Shown: positions 21,431 to 32,479 of the stretch, one piece after another
How the letters are laid out: the number at the start of each line of letters is the position of its first letter
Numbering within the stretch: position 1 is the stretch's first letter
Source: an archaeon
GTDB taxonomy: Archaea > AGJL01 > Methanococci > Methanococcales > Methanocaldococcaceae
Assembly (NCBI GenBank): GCA_024278985.1
Contig: JAJRSC010000030.1
Coordinates: forward strand, 1 to 64,000
Length of the DNA: 64,000 nt
Reading direction: 5' to 3'
Notes under the pieces: model-generated
Told to the model about the DNA's origin: nothing
Seen by the model: only the letters and a program-made list of their open reading frames with translations
Databases searched by the model: none
Program-made: the position numbers and the translations under genes

Positions 21431-22684
21431 GTGATATATATAAGAGCATTATTAGTTTTAAGAAAAGACTCAAAAAGAGATAAAAAAAGTATTGAAGAAT
21501 TAAAAGAATTAGCTGAAGTATTATATGATGTTGAAGATGTAATAATACAAGTTAGAAAACCAGACCCAAAATATCAGATTGGTGAAGGATTAGCTGAAAG
21601 AATTAGTAAGATTGTTAAAGAGAAAGAAATAGATATTGTCATAGTTGGGAATGAATTATCTCCCTCTCAAAAATACAACTTAGCCAAAAAATTTGGTGTT
21701 GAGGTTATTGATAAAATTGAGTTAGTTTTAAGAATATTTAATAAACATGCTAATACAAATGAAGCAAAACTACAGGTAAGATTGGCAGAATTGCAGTATG
21801 AACTACCAAGAGCTAAGGAAAAAGTTAGATTGGCTAAAATGGGAGAACAACCTGGATTTGGGGGATATGGAGATTATGAAGTTGAAAAATATTATCAAAA
21901 GGTAAAAAGAGAAATCTCTACCATTAAAAGAAAACTTAAAAAACTAAAAGAACATAGAAAAATTTTAAGAAAAAAAAGAGAAAAATATGACTCAGTTGGG
22001 TTAATAGGATATACAAATGCAGGAAAAACATCCCTACTAAATGCATTATGTGGTGAAAGTAAGGAGGCAAAACAACAAGTATTTACAACACTAACAACTA
22101 TAACAAGGAAAATAAGGGGTATTAAAAGAAAGGTTCTATTAACTGATACTGTTGGATTTATGGATGATTTACCTCCATTTATGATAGAAGCGTTTTTATC
22201 AACAATTGAAGAAAGTGCTAATAGTGATTTAATATTATTGGTTGTTGATGCCTCAGAAGATATTGAAGAAATAGAAAGAAAATTAAAAGTTAATCATGAT
22301 ATATTAAGGAAAATAAACTGTAAATCTACAATAATAACAGTATTAAATAAAGTAGATAAAATAACTAATGAGAAAAAAGAAGAAATTTTAAATGAGTTAG
22401 AAAGATATATAATAAATCCTATTTTTGTATCAGCAAAGACTGGAGAAAATATTGAATTATTAAAAGATATGATTTTAGAACACCTGAATTTATCAATAGG
22501 AACAATAGAAACTGATAATCCAAAACTTATATCATACCTATATGAAAATACAGAAATTTTGGAAGATATTGAGGATAATAATAAACATATTATAACATTT
22601 AGGGCTAAAGAGAAAGATGTTAATAGAATTTTAACTATACATAAAAATAAAGAGTTAGATAAAACAAGAATTAAGATAAAATAA
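21431..22684 (+). CDS. hflX: GTPase HflX
   Basis: EAKLQVRLA, GYTNAGKTS, DTVGF, NKVD. Confidence 0.95.
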   Translation: MIYIRALLVLRKDSKRDKKSIEELKELAEVLYDVEDVIIQVRKPDPKYQIGEGLAERISKIVKEKEIDIVIVGNELSPSQKYNLAKKFGVEVIDKIELVLRIFNKHANTNEAKLQVRLAELQYELPRAKEKVRLAKMGEQPGFGGYGDYEVEKYYQKVKREISTIKRKLKKLKEHRKILRKKREKYDSVGLIGYTNAGKTSLLNALCGESKEAKQQVFTTLTTITRKIRGIKRKVLLTDTVGFMDDLPPFMIEAFLSTIEESANSDLILLVVDASEDIEEIERKLKVNHDILRKINCKSTIITVLNKVDKITNEKKEEILNELERYIINPIFVSAKTGENIELLKDMILEHLNLSIGTIETDNPKLISYLYENTEILEDIEDNNKHIITFRAKEKDVNRILTIHKNKELDKTRIKIK

Positions 22685-22698
22685 AGGAGAGATATATT

Positions 22699-23823
22699 AT
22701 GAACACTTATGGAGATATGTTTAGAGTAACTGTTTTTGGAGAAAGTCATGGAAAAGCTGTTGGTGCAGTTGTTGATGGATGTCCTGCTAATTTACCATTA
22801 TCTGAAGAAGATATTCAGAAAGAACTTAATAGAAGAAAACCAGGACAATCAATATATACAACTCCAAGAAAGGAGGAGGATAAAGTAGAGATATTGTCAG
22901 GAATATTTGATGGTAAAACTACTGGTGCTCCTATATGTGGAATTGTTTATAATAAAGGACATAGAAGTAAGGACTATGAAAAAATAAAAGATTTGGCAAG
23001 ACCTGGCCATGCAGATTTAACTTATAAATTAAAGTATAAAAACTATGATTATAGAGGTGGAGGTAGGGCAAGTGGAAGAATAACAATAGGTCATGTTATA
23101 GGTGGAGCAATTGCCAAGAAACTTTTAAGTTACACATTTAACATAAAAATTATAGGATATACTATAAAAATTGGTAAAATTGAAGGGGATTTTAGCTATT
23201 ATAAAAATCCAGATATTTTTGAAAATGAAAAAAGTTTAGAAAGTTTAATAGAAAATATTGAAAATAATCCACTAAGATGTCCCTCACTAAATGCCTATGA
23301 AATGGAAGAATATCTTAAAGAAATAATTTCTCAAAAGGATAGTGTTGGGGGAATTGTTGAGATTGTTGCTTTAAATGTTCCTATAGGAGTAGGAAATCCT
23401 ATTTTCAATAAATTAAATGGAGAATTGGCAAGGGGATTAATGAGCATAAATGCAGTTAAAGGTGTTGAGATAGGCGTAGGTTTTAAAGCAGCTGAGTTAT
23501 TAGGTAGTGAAATGAATGATGAAATATATTTTGATGACTCAAAAAATATAAAATTTTATTCAAACAATGCAGGAGGTATATTAGGAGGAATCTCTACTGG
23601 ACAGCCAATAGTTATGAGAATAGCAGTTAAACCAACTCCTTCAATTGGAAAAAAACAAAGGACTATTAATTTAAAAACTTTTGAAAATGTGGAGATTGAA
23701 ATAGAAGGAAGACATGACCCAACAATTGTTCCAAGAATTGTCCCTGTTGCTGAGGCTATGGTGGCTATAACATTAGCTGATTTAATGATAAAATCTGGTT
23801 TTATACATCCCTGTAGATTGTGA
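22699..23823 (+). CDS. aroC: Chorismate synthase
   Basis: GESHG, RPGHAD, RGGGRASGR, KPTPS, GRHDP. Confidence 0.97.
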   Translation: MNTYGDMFRVTVFGESHGKAVGAVVDGCPANLPLSEEDIQKELNRRKPGQSIYTTPRKEEDKVEILSGIFDGKTTGAPICGIVYNKGHRSKDYEKIKDLARPGHADLTYKLKYKNYDYRGGGRASGRITIGHVIGGAIAKKLLSYTFNIKIIGYTIKIGKIEGDFSYYKNPDIFENEKSLESLIENIENNPLRCPSLNAYEMEEYLKEIISQKDSVGGIVEIVALNVPIGVGNPIFNKLNGELARGLMSINAVKGVEIGVGFKAAELLGSEMNDEIYFDDSKNIKFYSNNAGGILGGISTGQPIVMRIAVKPTPSIGKKQRTINLKTFENVEIEIEGRHDPTIVPRIVPVAEAMVAITLADLMIKSGFIHPCRL

Positions 23824-24578
23824 TATTAATGATACTTTTAATGGGAGGAACTAAGGACAGTAAAATTATAGGAGAAAAACTTAAAGAAAAATTTAAGAAT
23901 TTAGATATTATATATACTTCAACCACCAACTATGGAGCAAAATTATCAAAAAATTTTGCAGATAAGATTATTAGCAAACCTTTAGATAGGAATGAGTTGG
24001 AAGAAGTTATATTAAAAAATAATATAAAAATATTAATTGATGCAACCCATCCATTTGCAATAAATGCAAGTAAGAATGCTATAGAAGTATGTAAAAAATT
24101 AAACATTGAATATGTAAGGTATGAAAGAAAAGAGGAAAAAATAATAAATGATAATATAATTTATGTTGATAGTTTTGATAAAGCTTTTTACATAGCAAAA
24201 AATTACAAAAGAATTTTTTTTATGGCTGGAATTAAAAATTTAAAAAAGGCTGTTGATATTTTAGGAGATAAAGTAGTTGTAAGAGTTCTCCCTATCTCTG
24301 TTAATGAGGCACTAAAATATCTTCCTCAGGAGAATATTGTAGCAATGTATGGAACTTTTTCTAAAGAACTTAATAGGGCATTAATAAAGGATTATAACTG
24401 TGATGTTATAATAACAAAAGAAAGTGGAGATACTGGAGGATTCAAAGAGAAGGTTTTAGGTGCTTTAGAGGCTGGTGCAAAGGTTATAGTTGTTGAAAGG
24501 CCAAAATTAAATTATCCTATAGTATTTAATGACATTGAAGAGCTAATAAAATATGTTGGGAGAAAATTATGCCAATAG
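23820..24578 (+). CDS. cobK: Cobalt-precorrin-6A reductase
   Basis: MGGT, DATHPFA, TKESG, VERP. Confidence 0.92.
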   Translation: MILMILLMGGTKDSKIIGEKLKEKFKNLDIIYTSTTNYGAKLSKNFADKIISKPLDRNELEEVILKNNIKILIDATHPFAINASKNAIEVCKKLNIEYVRYERKEEKIINDNIIYVDSFDKAFYIAKNYKRIFFMAGIKNLKKAVDILGDKVVVRVLPISVNEALKYLPQENIVAMYGTFSKELNRALIKDYNCDVIITKESGDTGGFKEKVLGALEAGAKVIVVERPKLNYPIVFNDIEELIKYVGRKLCQ

Positions 24579-25083
24579 TTGGAATTTTAGATGGAGATAG
24601 AGTTTTAATTTTTGATAAAAATGGGATTAATAAGTTGCATTCAAGAGGTTATGGATGTTTAGAGGATAAGTTTTTAGTATTATCTTTAATTGAGGCATTA
24701 TTTTTGGTAGATTTAGGTTGGTTGGAAGTAAAGTATAAAAATAAAACTCTATCTTTTGAAGAGTTATATAATTACTCCCAAAATTTTGAGAAAAAAATAT
24801 GTTTAAAATTCTTAGTTTATAAGGATTTAAGAAAAAGGGGCTACATTGTAAAAACAGGATTAAAGTATGGAGCTGATTTTAGAGTTTATGATAGAGGAGC
24901 AAACATAGAAAAAGAACATTCAATTTACTTAGTTAAAGTATTTAATGAAGATAGTAGTATATATATTAATGAACTTACTGGATTTGTTAGAGTTGCTCAT
25001 TCAGTTAAAAAAAGTTGTTAATTGCTATTGTAGATAGTGATGGAGATGTTGTTTATTATGATATGAGTTATAAAAGGCCATAA
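24569..25083 (+). CDS. endA: tRNA splicing endonuclease with apparent frameshift at A7 run 25007-25013
   Basis: [16 protein letters not shown]; C-terminus [23 protein letters not shown] continues in -1 frame to TAA 25081-25083. Confidence 0.88.
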
Positions 25084-25102
25084 TAAAAATAGAGGTGGAA
25101 TA

Positions 25103-26128
25103 TTGATATTAACCCCTGAAAATGAGAAGAATCTTATAGTAGATATATTAAAAAAATTTGATGTTCCTGAAGAAGATGCAAATATAGTTGCCGATGTAAT
25201 TGTTGATGCTGATTTAAAAGGATTTCATTCTCATGGTATTGGTAGATTTCCTCAGTATATTAAGGCGTTAAGATTGGGGAATATTAATCCTAAACCAAAT
25301 ATTAAAGTTATTAAAGATAACTATGCATCTGCAGTTATTGATGGAGATTTAGGTTTTGGTCAAGTTGTGGGAGTTAAAGCTATGGATTTGGCAATTGAAA
25401 AAGCTAAAAAATATGGAATTGCAGGAGTAGCAACTGTAAATTCTAATCATTTTGGTATAGCTGGATACTATGCAGAAAGAGCAATGGATAATGATATGGT
25501 AGGAATAGTTATAACCAACACTGAACCAGCAATGGCACCCTTTGGTGGAAAAAAGAAAATTTTAGGGACTAATCCAATAGCCATTGCCTTTAAAGGAAAT
25601 AGGTATAAATTTTCTTTAGATATGGCAACTTCTTCAATTGCCAGGGGAAAGATATTAGAGGCTGCAAGAAAAAAAATACCTATTCCTGAAGGTTGTGCAG
25701 TAGATAAAGATGGAAATCCTACAACAGACCCAATAAAAGCATTAGAAGGTTGCATACTTCCATTTGGAGGCCCTAAAGGATATGCTTTAGCTTTGGCAAT
25801 TGAAATGCTCTCTGCAATTGGTGGGGCTGAAGTAGGGAGTAAAGTTAAAGGAACAGCAACAGCTGAAGATAGATGTACAAAAGGAGATTTATTTATAGTT
25901 ATAAATCCAGAGTTTTATATGGGTAAGGAAGAATTTAAAAAGAAAGTTGATGAATTAATGGAAGAGGTAAAGTCAGCTGGAGAAAATGTTTTAATTCCTG
26001 GAGAAATTGAAGAAAAAAATAAAGAAAAAAATAAATCTGGGATATTAATTGATATAGAACTATATAACAATTTAAAAGAAATATGTGATAGTTTAGGATT
26101 GAATATAGATAATTATATTAAAAAGTGA
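25103..26128 (+). CDS. comC: L-sulfolactate dehydrogenase (Ldh_2 family)
   Basis: SHGIGR, NHFG, GTNPIA, DMATS, GGPKGY. Confidence 0.88.
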   Translation: MILTPENEKNLIVDILKKFDVPEEDANIVADVIVDADLKGFHSHGIGRFPQYIKALRLGNINPKPNIKVIKDNYASAVIDGDLGFGQVVGVKAMDLAIEKAKKYGIAGVATVNSNHFGIAGYYAERAMDNDMVGIVITNTEPAMAPFGGKKKILGTNPIAIAFKGNRYKFSLDMATSSIARGKILEAARKKIPIPEGCAVDKDGNPTTDPIKALEGCILPFGGPKGYALALAIEMLSAIGGAEVGSKVKGTATAEDRCTKGDLFIVINPEFYMGKEEFKKKVDELMEEVKSAGENVLIPGEIEEKNKEKNKSGILIDIELYNNLKEICDSLGLNIDNYIKK

Positions 26129-26134
26129 ATATTT

Positions 26135-26914
26135 ATGCTAAATAAAAGAGGAGGATATGTTTTTACATTAGAGGCATTGATTGTTTCTTTACTATTTTTA
26201 ACAGCTTTTTATATTGTATATGATTCAAGTAATTACAACTTTGTGACATCTATGGAAATGAAAAAAGATACTGAAAAGTATCATAAAGCTCTTTTAATAA
26301 TAGATTATTTTATAAAAAAATATCAATTTCCAGGAAGTTATAATGAGGATTATATGCAAAATTTTGCCAACTATATAAAGTTAAAAAGTTTTGATCCAAT
26401 AAACAACTTTTCCAATGAAACTGTTTATTTTATTGTTCAAAATAGTAGTTATGACTACTACTATCCCAACAATATAACTAATTTAAAAACTCTTTATATA
26501 AAAAATATTGTCATTTATTCAAACACTTATAATAATATCTCACATCCAAATATAAATTATGAAAATAGAATATCATTTAAAGAAACACTATATATTCCAA
26601 AAATAACTGGAATAACATATGGTAATAGTGTTACTCTATATGGTGAAGAAGGAGCTAAAATATTTTTTAAATTTAATGGAACTATAAAATCAATAAATAT
26701 AAGTGCTCCTGCAGTATTGTCAATTAATGGATATCTCTACAAAGTTACAAATGACACAAATATAACTCCTCTTATATATACAAATGACATAAATGAGATT
26801 GATATTTTAAACTGTTCAAATGTAATAAAGATAACTCTAACAACTGAAAATAATTCTAAATTTTATTATGTAACATTTGTTCCAAGGACAATTATATTTT
26901 ATGTGAGATTATGA
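26135..26914 (+). CDS. Hypothetical surface protein with class III-like signal peptide
   Basis: KRGGYVFTLEAL plus hydrophobic stretch; Asn-rich. Confidence 0.6.
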   Translation: MLNKRGGYVFTLEALIVSLLFLTAFYIVYDSSNYNFVTSMEMKKDTEKYHKALLIIDYFIKKYQFPGSYNEDYMQNFANYIKLKSFDPINNFSNETVYFIVQNSSYDYYYPNNITNLKTLYIKNIVIYSNTYNNISHPNINYENRISFKETLYIPKITGITYGNSVTLYGEEGAKIFFKFNGTIKSINISAPAVLSINGYLYKVTNDTNITPLIYTNDINEIDILNCSNVIKITLTTENNSKFYYVTFVPRTIIFYVRL

Positions 26915-27420
26915 TTAACACTATTGATTTATTTTTAGGAATAACTATTTTATTAGTTGGGTTTAGTTATTGGACAATTACATTGGTAGAGCATAATCAA
27001 AATTATTATTCTGTTGTTAAAGAAGATTATAAATTAACCAAAGCAATAAACACTATGAAATATTTAGCTGAAAATGGAATATTAGACAATACAGTACTTT
27101 TATACTATTTAAATAAAGATATGGCTAAAAATTATTTAGAAAAAAATATAAATTTGTCCAATTATATGGTTGTTATTGATGGAAATGTTTTAATTAACCA
27201 TTCATATAATGGAGGAAATACTTATGTTATTGCTATAGTAACATTAAATAAAACTGAAGGATGGTATGTTATTTATGGAAATGATAATTTAAAGATATCA
27301 GAAGATAGATACCTAAGTTTTGAAGAGGCATATAATTCATACAAAACTTATAAAACAGATATGCCTGTTTATTTAGTTAGAAATATTTCATCTTCAAGAG
27401 TAGAGTTATATGTTGGGTAA
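26911..27420 (+). CDS. Hypothetical membrane-anchored protein
   Basis: N-terminal TIDLFLGITILLVG hydrophobic helix; coupled to previous ORF. Confidence 0.55.
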   Translation: MINTIDLFLGITILLVGFSYWTITLVEHNQNYYSVVKEDYKLTKAINTMKYLAENGILDNTVLLYYLNKDMAKNYLEKNINLSNYMVVIDGNVLINHSYNGGNTYVIAIVTLNKTEGWYVIYGNDNLKISEDRYLSFEEAYNSYKTYKTDMPVYLVRNISSSRVELYVG

Positions 27421-27426
27421 TGAAGT

Positions 27427-28008
27427 ATGAAAGTGCTTATTATTGATAATATTGATTCTTTTGTTTGGAATTTAGTTCAGTATGTTGGAACTTTGGGGCA
27501 TAAGGTTAAGATAGTTGATAATAAAATAACATTAAATGAGATTAAAAAGATAAATCCTGATAAGATTATAATAAGTCCTGGACCAAAAACACCAAAAGAT
27601 GCAGGAAATTGTATAAAGATTATTCAGGAAATTGAAATTCCTATATTAGGAGTTTGCTTAGGGCATCAGTGTATTGTTGAAGCCTTTGATGGAGAAGTTG
27701 GAAGAGCTAAAAGAGTAGTTCATGGAAAAGCATCATTAATAGAGCATGATAATGAGGGAATCTATAAAAATATTCCAAATCCATTTTATGGTGCAAGGTA
27801 TCACTCTTTAGTAGCCAAAAAAATAAGTAAAGAACTTAAAATAACTGCAAAGAGTTTAGATGATAATTATATTATGGGAGTTAGACATAAAAAATTACCA
27901 ATTGAAGGAGTTCAGTTTCATCCTGAGAGTATTATAACAGAATCAGAAAAATTAAAATTTCCAGATTTAGGATTAAAAATTATTGATAATTTTTTAAAAA
28001 ATTATTAG
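27427..28008 (+). CDS. trpG: Anthranilate synthase component II
   Basis: IDNIDSF, SPGP, GVCLGHQ, RYHSL, QFHPES. Confidence 0.92.
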   Translation: MKVLIIDNIDSFVWNLVQYVGTLGHKVKIVDNKITLNEIKKINPDKIIISPGPKTPKDAGNCIKIIQEIEIPILGVCLGHQCIVEAFDGEVGRAKRVVHGKASLIEHDNEGIYKNIPNPFYGARYHSLVAKKISKELKITAKSLDDNYIMGVRHKKLPIEGVQFHPESIITESEKLKFPDLGLKIIDNFLKNY

Positions 28009-29060
28009 GTTGTTGAACTTTCTGAGTCATTATATAATTCATCTCCAATATTTACCTCTTCCTCAAATCCTTTACTATTTTTAAGTGTTTCTATTCTAAA
28101 CATATAAGATTTATACCAAATTTCTTCAGGTTTTTTCTTTATAGGTGCTAATCTCCAAGCTCTTGTTTCTTCTTCATATCCCCAGTTTATATAGTGATTA
28201 AAGTTTCTAATAATATCTGTTATAACTACATTAAAATCATTTAATAATATTTTTTGTATTTCTCTCCACTTGTCAAGAGAACTCTCTCTTCTTGTTATTC
28301 TAAAGTATCCTGCTTTTCTTTCCCCTTTTAGAGAGGATATACCTCTACCTATAAATGTTTTTATGGCATATACAGTTTCTGGTGGGTCAGTTATGAATGT
28401 ATCAAATGCCTTACTATATTTGTTAGGAAGTGGTTTTCTTAAATCTAATGTAATTATTTCTATATTCTTATAGTTTAATCTTTCAGCAGTTTCTTTAATA
28501 AAGTTCATGAGTTCCTCATCAATATCTACAGCAACTATTCTTTTTGGGAGGTTTGTTAGCATTAAGGCAATACTTGTTAAGTCATCATCTCCTAAAACTA
28601 AAACATCCTTGTTAAATAAATCTCCTCTTGAATGCATTAATGCAACTCTTGCCAAGGTACATTCAGGAGTAACAAAACCCTGGTCAAATTCATGCTTTGG
28701 TAAAGGCCTATTTTTTGTTATTTCTTTAAATTCTTTTAAAATGTTTTCAAATGGTTTTATACTAACTCCTCTACCTTCACAACATTCACAAATAAAATCT
28801 TCTCTTTTTCCAATATTATACTTTTTAACAAAATCTAAACCTTTATTGGTTAAAGTAATGCCATTATCATTGATATTAACTAATCCCTCTTCTTCTAAAA
28901 CTCTTATGATTTCTGCAACCAATGGCAATGGTTCCTCACTGTAATCAACTATTTTCCAAAAATCTGATGTTGTTAAGATAGATGATAATACATTTTCTAT
29001 ACTTCTTTCATATACGGGAATATCTATTCTGTTTAAAACTTTTTCTAAGATTATTTCCAT
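28005..29060 (-). CDS. bpsA: N4-bis(aminopropyl)spermidine synthase (branched polyamine synthase)
   Basis: FDQGFVT, LGDDDLTS, TDPPET. Confidence 0.9.
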   Translation of the reverse strand: MEIILEKVLNRIDIPVYERSIENVLSSILTTSDFWKIVDYSEEPLPLVAEIIRVLEEEGLVNINDNGITLTNKGLDFVKKYNIGKREDFICECCEGRGVSIKPFENILKEFKEITKNRPLPKHEFDQGFVTPECTLARVALMHSRGDLFNKDVLVLGDDDLTSIALMLTNLPKRIVAVDIDEELMNFIKETAERLNYKNIEIITLDLRKPLPNKYSKAFDTFITDPPETVYAIKTFIGRGISSLKGERKAGYFRITRRESSLDKWREIQKILLNDFNVVITDIIRNFNHYINWGYEEETRAWRLAPIKKKPEEIWYKSYMFRIETLKNSKGFEEEVNIGDELYNDSESSTT

Positions 29061-29537
29061 TTATCTCACCCTTGTTTTATATACTGCTTTTTGTCCTAAT
29101 CCTTCATATAGGATAACCTCTATTTCTTCAATATTATCATATATTTTTAGTTTTTCTTTTAATTCATTGGCAATATAAATAGCTAAATCTTCAGCAGATG
29201 TTGAGGGGATTGGAAGTAAGATAACATCCTCAACAGGAATTAAATATTCCTTTTCTTTATATTTAAAAAATATAGATTTGTCTCTTATCTCATAGTATAT
29301 ATCATTTTTTAATTTTGGGAGGATTAGTTTATGGTCCAGTTTTTTACATATTTCTTTAGCGATTTTTTTTATTATTTTAAAATCACATAGAAAGTCATTT
29401 TTTTTATAACCATATAATTTAACATCTAAATAATAAGTATGTCCATGAATACATCCACAAGTTTCATGGCCAAAAACAATATGAGATGAAGAAAATTTAA
29501 TATTTGAATAAAGACCATTAATTTCAATTATTATCAT
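29061..29537 (-). CDS. queD: 6-carboxy-tetrahydropterin synthase / PTPS family
   Basis: FSSSH, CGCIHGHTY, LDHK, TSAEDLA. Confidence 0.85.
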   Translation of the reverse strand: MIIIEINGLYSNIKFSSSHIVFGHETCGCIHGHTYYLDVKLYGYKKNDFLCDFKIIKKIAKEICKKLDHKLILPKLKNDIYYEIRDKSIFFKYKEKEYLIPVEDVILLPIPSTSAEDLAIYIANELKEKLKIYDNIEEIEVILYEGLGQKAVYKTRVR

Positions 29538-30022
29538 TTTTTTACCCCTTTATATGTCCTAAAATAATTTATTAATCCTCCAGCATCTAAAATTTTTCTT
29601 TCAATTCCTTTAGGAACTGTACATTTTATAGTTTTATTATCTATTTTAATAACTTCTTTCTCAAGATCTATCTCTACAATATCCCCATCTTTAATTTCAT
29701 CTGTATCTGCTATTATAGGATAGAGAGCATTATTTATAGCATTTCTATAAAAAATTCTTGCAAAACTTTTGGCTACAACTACAGGAATTCCAAGATATTT
29801 TATAGCTAATACTGCCTGTTCTCTACTACTCCCACAACCAAAATTTTCCCCTGCTACTAAAATATCTCCTTTTTTTACTCTCTTAGAAAATTCAGTGTCT
29901 ATTCCATACATACAATATTTTGCTAACTCATAGGGATTTGTTGTCCTTAAATAAGGTCCTGGAATTATGGCATCAGTATCAATATCATCTCCAAATTTAT
30001 GGACTTTACCTTTAAAAATAAT
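29534..30022 (-). CDS. hacB: Homoaconitase/isopropylmalate isomerase small subunit; apparent ATT start
   Basis: In-frame upstream extension [26 protein letters not shown]; NFGCGSSRE; YLRT loop typical of HacB. Confidence 0.85.
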   Translation of the reverse strand: MIFKGKVHKFGDDIDTDAIIPGPYLRTTNPYELAKYCMYGIDTEFSKRVKKGDILVAGENFGCGSSREQAVLAIKYLGIPVVVAKSFARIFYRNAINNALYPIIADTDEIKDGDIVEIDLEKEVIKIDNKTIKCTVPKGIERKILDAGGLINYFRTYKGVKK

Positions 30023-30080
30023 ATTATCACCTATTTAAATACTAAAAGATGTTAATAATTAAATAAAAAAGTAAAAAAAT

Positions 30081-30467
30081 TTATTCTTTGATTAAAACAG
30101 CATTAACTGTTCCATCTTGTCCAGGTCTTGAAGTGACTTTAGCTAAACCTAATTCTGTCTCAATAATTGCCCCTTTAGTAATAATATTTCTTCTAATATA
30201 GTGTATATTTGCACTGTTTTCTTTGACTGTTAATATTTTAACCTTTTTACATGTGTTTGTTTCTGGGTCTAAAACATTAGCAAAATCTGTTCTTACAACT
30301 TTAACTTTTAAGTTACCTCCTCTTGTTCTAACTTTTTTTAATTTAAAGTTATCAGAAACATGTGTTTCTATTGGTTCTCTACCCATTTCATATTTTCTTT
30401 TTTTTCTTGCCTTTTTATACAATCCTCCTGTTGGTTTTCTTCTACTTCTACCTTGCCATACAGACAT
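30081..30467 (-). CDS. rps8e: 30S ribosomal protein S8e
   Basis: [21 protein letters not shown]. Confidence 0.97.
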   Translation of the reverse strand: MSVWQGRSRRKPTGGLYKKARKKRKYEMGREPIETHVSDNFKLKKVRTRGGNLKVKVVRTDFANVLDPETNTCKKVKILTVKENSANIHYIRRNIITKGAIIETELGLAKVTSRPGQDGTVNAVLIKE

Positions 30468-30591
30468 GTTTTAACACCTCTAAGATTTTATATATAAAAG
30501 TAAAATTTTAATATTTATAACAGCTTATAAAAACTTAACTATTATTTATATTGAATATATAAATTAATATTATTATAATTATATTTGTTAA

Positions 30592-31098
30592 TTATTGTTT
30601 CTCTTCATTATCTTTCATTTTAAAATCTTCGTTTATTATTATAACAACATCAGCAATTTTTTTTAAAGCTGTTGAAAATCCTGGTTCTGCTCCAATAATA
30701 ATAATTTTTTTTCCTTTTTCCTTTGCTTTTCTTATTGCAGGAAGAAAATCTGCATCTCTTGTAACATAAACAATAGTATCAATATTAGGGTTAAAAACTA
30801 ATTCTGTAGCATCTACTGCCATCTCTACATCAACATCTCCTGCTGAAATTCTTGGTTCAAATCCTTGATTTATAACTGCCTCTATTAATTTGTCTGATGC
30901 ATATTGATTTAAATATACTCTTCCTATAACTATATCCCCATATTCTTTAAGAACTTCCCTAATTTTATCTAAATTAATATTAAATTCCTTTCTTAACATA
31001 TTAGGACCATCAATTAAAAGTGCTATTTTATGATGTCCTCTTTTTCTTTTAGCTTTTTCATATATTTTAGTTGTTAAACTTTCCAATTTTTTCCACAT
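30592..31098 (-). CDS. NYN domain protein (TIGR00288-like)
   Basis: [20 protein letters not shown]. Confidence 0.88.
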   Translation of the reverse strand: MWKKLESLTTKIYEKAKRKRGHHKIALLIDGPNMLRKEFNINLDKIREVLKEYGDIVIGRVYLNQYASDKLIEAVINQGFEPRISAGDVDVEMAVDATELVFNPNIDTIVYVTRDADFLPAIRKAKEKGKKIIIIGAEPGFSTALKKIADVVIIINEDFKMKDNEEKQ

Positions 31099-31256
31099 CT
31101 TTTCACCAAAATTAAATATAAAGCTTTCTATAAAGATAAATATTTTTAATATTCAATATTTTAAGTATTCAAACAGCTCCTTATGTTACATCTTACAAAA
31201 TTAAAAATAGATATATCAACAAAGAAATAATAAATAATTATTATAGGTGATATTTA

Positions 31257-31547
31257 ATGAAATGTCCTTATTGTGGAGGAGATTGCATAAATAAAATGAT
31301 AGTAGAAATATATTTACAATCAGTTAAAAAGTATCTTAAGTATTCAAAAAATGAAAGTGTTGGGACTAATAACCCCACTGCTGGAGAAGTTGGAGAATGT
31401 AAAGAAACAGGAGGTAGAATATATTTATGTCCCTACTGTCAAAAACCTTTTAAAGCACCTTTCCTTAAAGATGGTAAGGGAAGTTTTAAATGTCCAAATT
31501 GTGGAAAAAAACTTTCTGTACCAGTAACAAATAAATTATTCTGTTAA
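31257..31547 (+). CDS. Small Cys-rich zinc-ribbon protein
   Basis: Three CPxC motifs; GGTGA RBS. Confidence 0.75.
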   Translation: MKCPYCGGDCINKMIVEIYLQSVKKYLKYSKNESVGTNNPTAGEVGECKETGGRIYLCPYCQKPFKAPFLKDGKGSFKCPNCGKKLSVPVTNKLFC

Positions 31548-32479
31548 AAATCTTCTTCTTGAATTTCATCTAATTTATAATCAAAATTATTATTTAAGAA
31601 CATTTTAAATTCTTCAACTGTATATATTGGTTTATTATATCTTATATAATCATCCAATACTATCCTTGGACAGGCAACAATAATATAACAATCAACATTA
31701 TAGTAAAGATATTCTGGAGATATATCATTCATTTCAATTAATATATAATTAATGTTGCTATCTCTAAGTAAGTTTTTTATTTCATTAAATTTTTTAATTC
31801 TTCTTTGTCCTGGTTTTGTTGATATAACTATTCCAACCTTTTTAGGAGGATTTAAAAATAACTTACTAACTATTGAAATTCTTTTTTTTATAAATTTTTT
31901 ACTTTCTTCAGTCTCTATTTTATCAAATTTATAACTAATTGGGTTATATATAAAAATATCTTTTTTATACTTATATGATAAAAGTAGTGGATGAAACCTT
32001 CCAGTCCCAACAAATAGAATATTTTTTCTATTTTCTAAGTTTGCTCTACATCCTAAGACAATCTTAGGATTAAATTCTTTTAAGATTTTTTTATACTGAA
32101 CTGTTGTTGCTATTTCAACATTATCATTAACTTTAATAAATTCATAAATATCTTTTTTTATCCTTTGTTCTTCCTCTCTACTAAATATTTGATATGCAGG
32201 AATAAAAAGTACATTATTATATTCTATATATGGAAGTGGTTCATGTCCATAATGGACTAATAAATCATATTCAATATTTGGAATATCACATGCTCCAAAG
32301 CATGAATTTCCATAAATAAAAATATCTATATCTAACAATTCTCCAATTTCTTCAGCTTCTTTTTCAACATCTAACTTTAAACCTTCAGGAGCCTGAAAAA
32401 TAATTTTTGGATTTTTTTTAGTTTTTAGGATGGTTTTAATTTTATTGATAACTTTCTCTCTCTCTAAATCAAATTTCAT
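31544..32479 (-). CDS. dph2: Diphthamide biosynthesis enzyme Dph2
   Basis: QAPEGL, CFGACD, LGC, GRFH, ACPR. Confidence 0.92.
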   Translation of the reverse strand: MKFDLEREKVINKIKTILKTKKNPKIIFQAPEGLKLDVEKEAEEIGELLDIDIFIYGNSCFGACDIPNIEYDLLVHYGHEPLPYIEYNNVLFIPAYQIFSREEEQRIKKDIYEFIKVNDNVEIATTVQYKKILKEFNPKIVLGCRANLENRKNILFVGTGRFHPLLLSYKYKKDIFIYNPISYKFDKIETEESKKFIKKRISIVSKLFLNPPKKVGIVISTKPGQRRIKKFNEIKNLLRDSNINYILIEMNDISPEYLYYNVDCYIIVACPRIVLDDYIRYNKPIYTVEEFKMFLNNNFDYKLDEIQEEDF

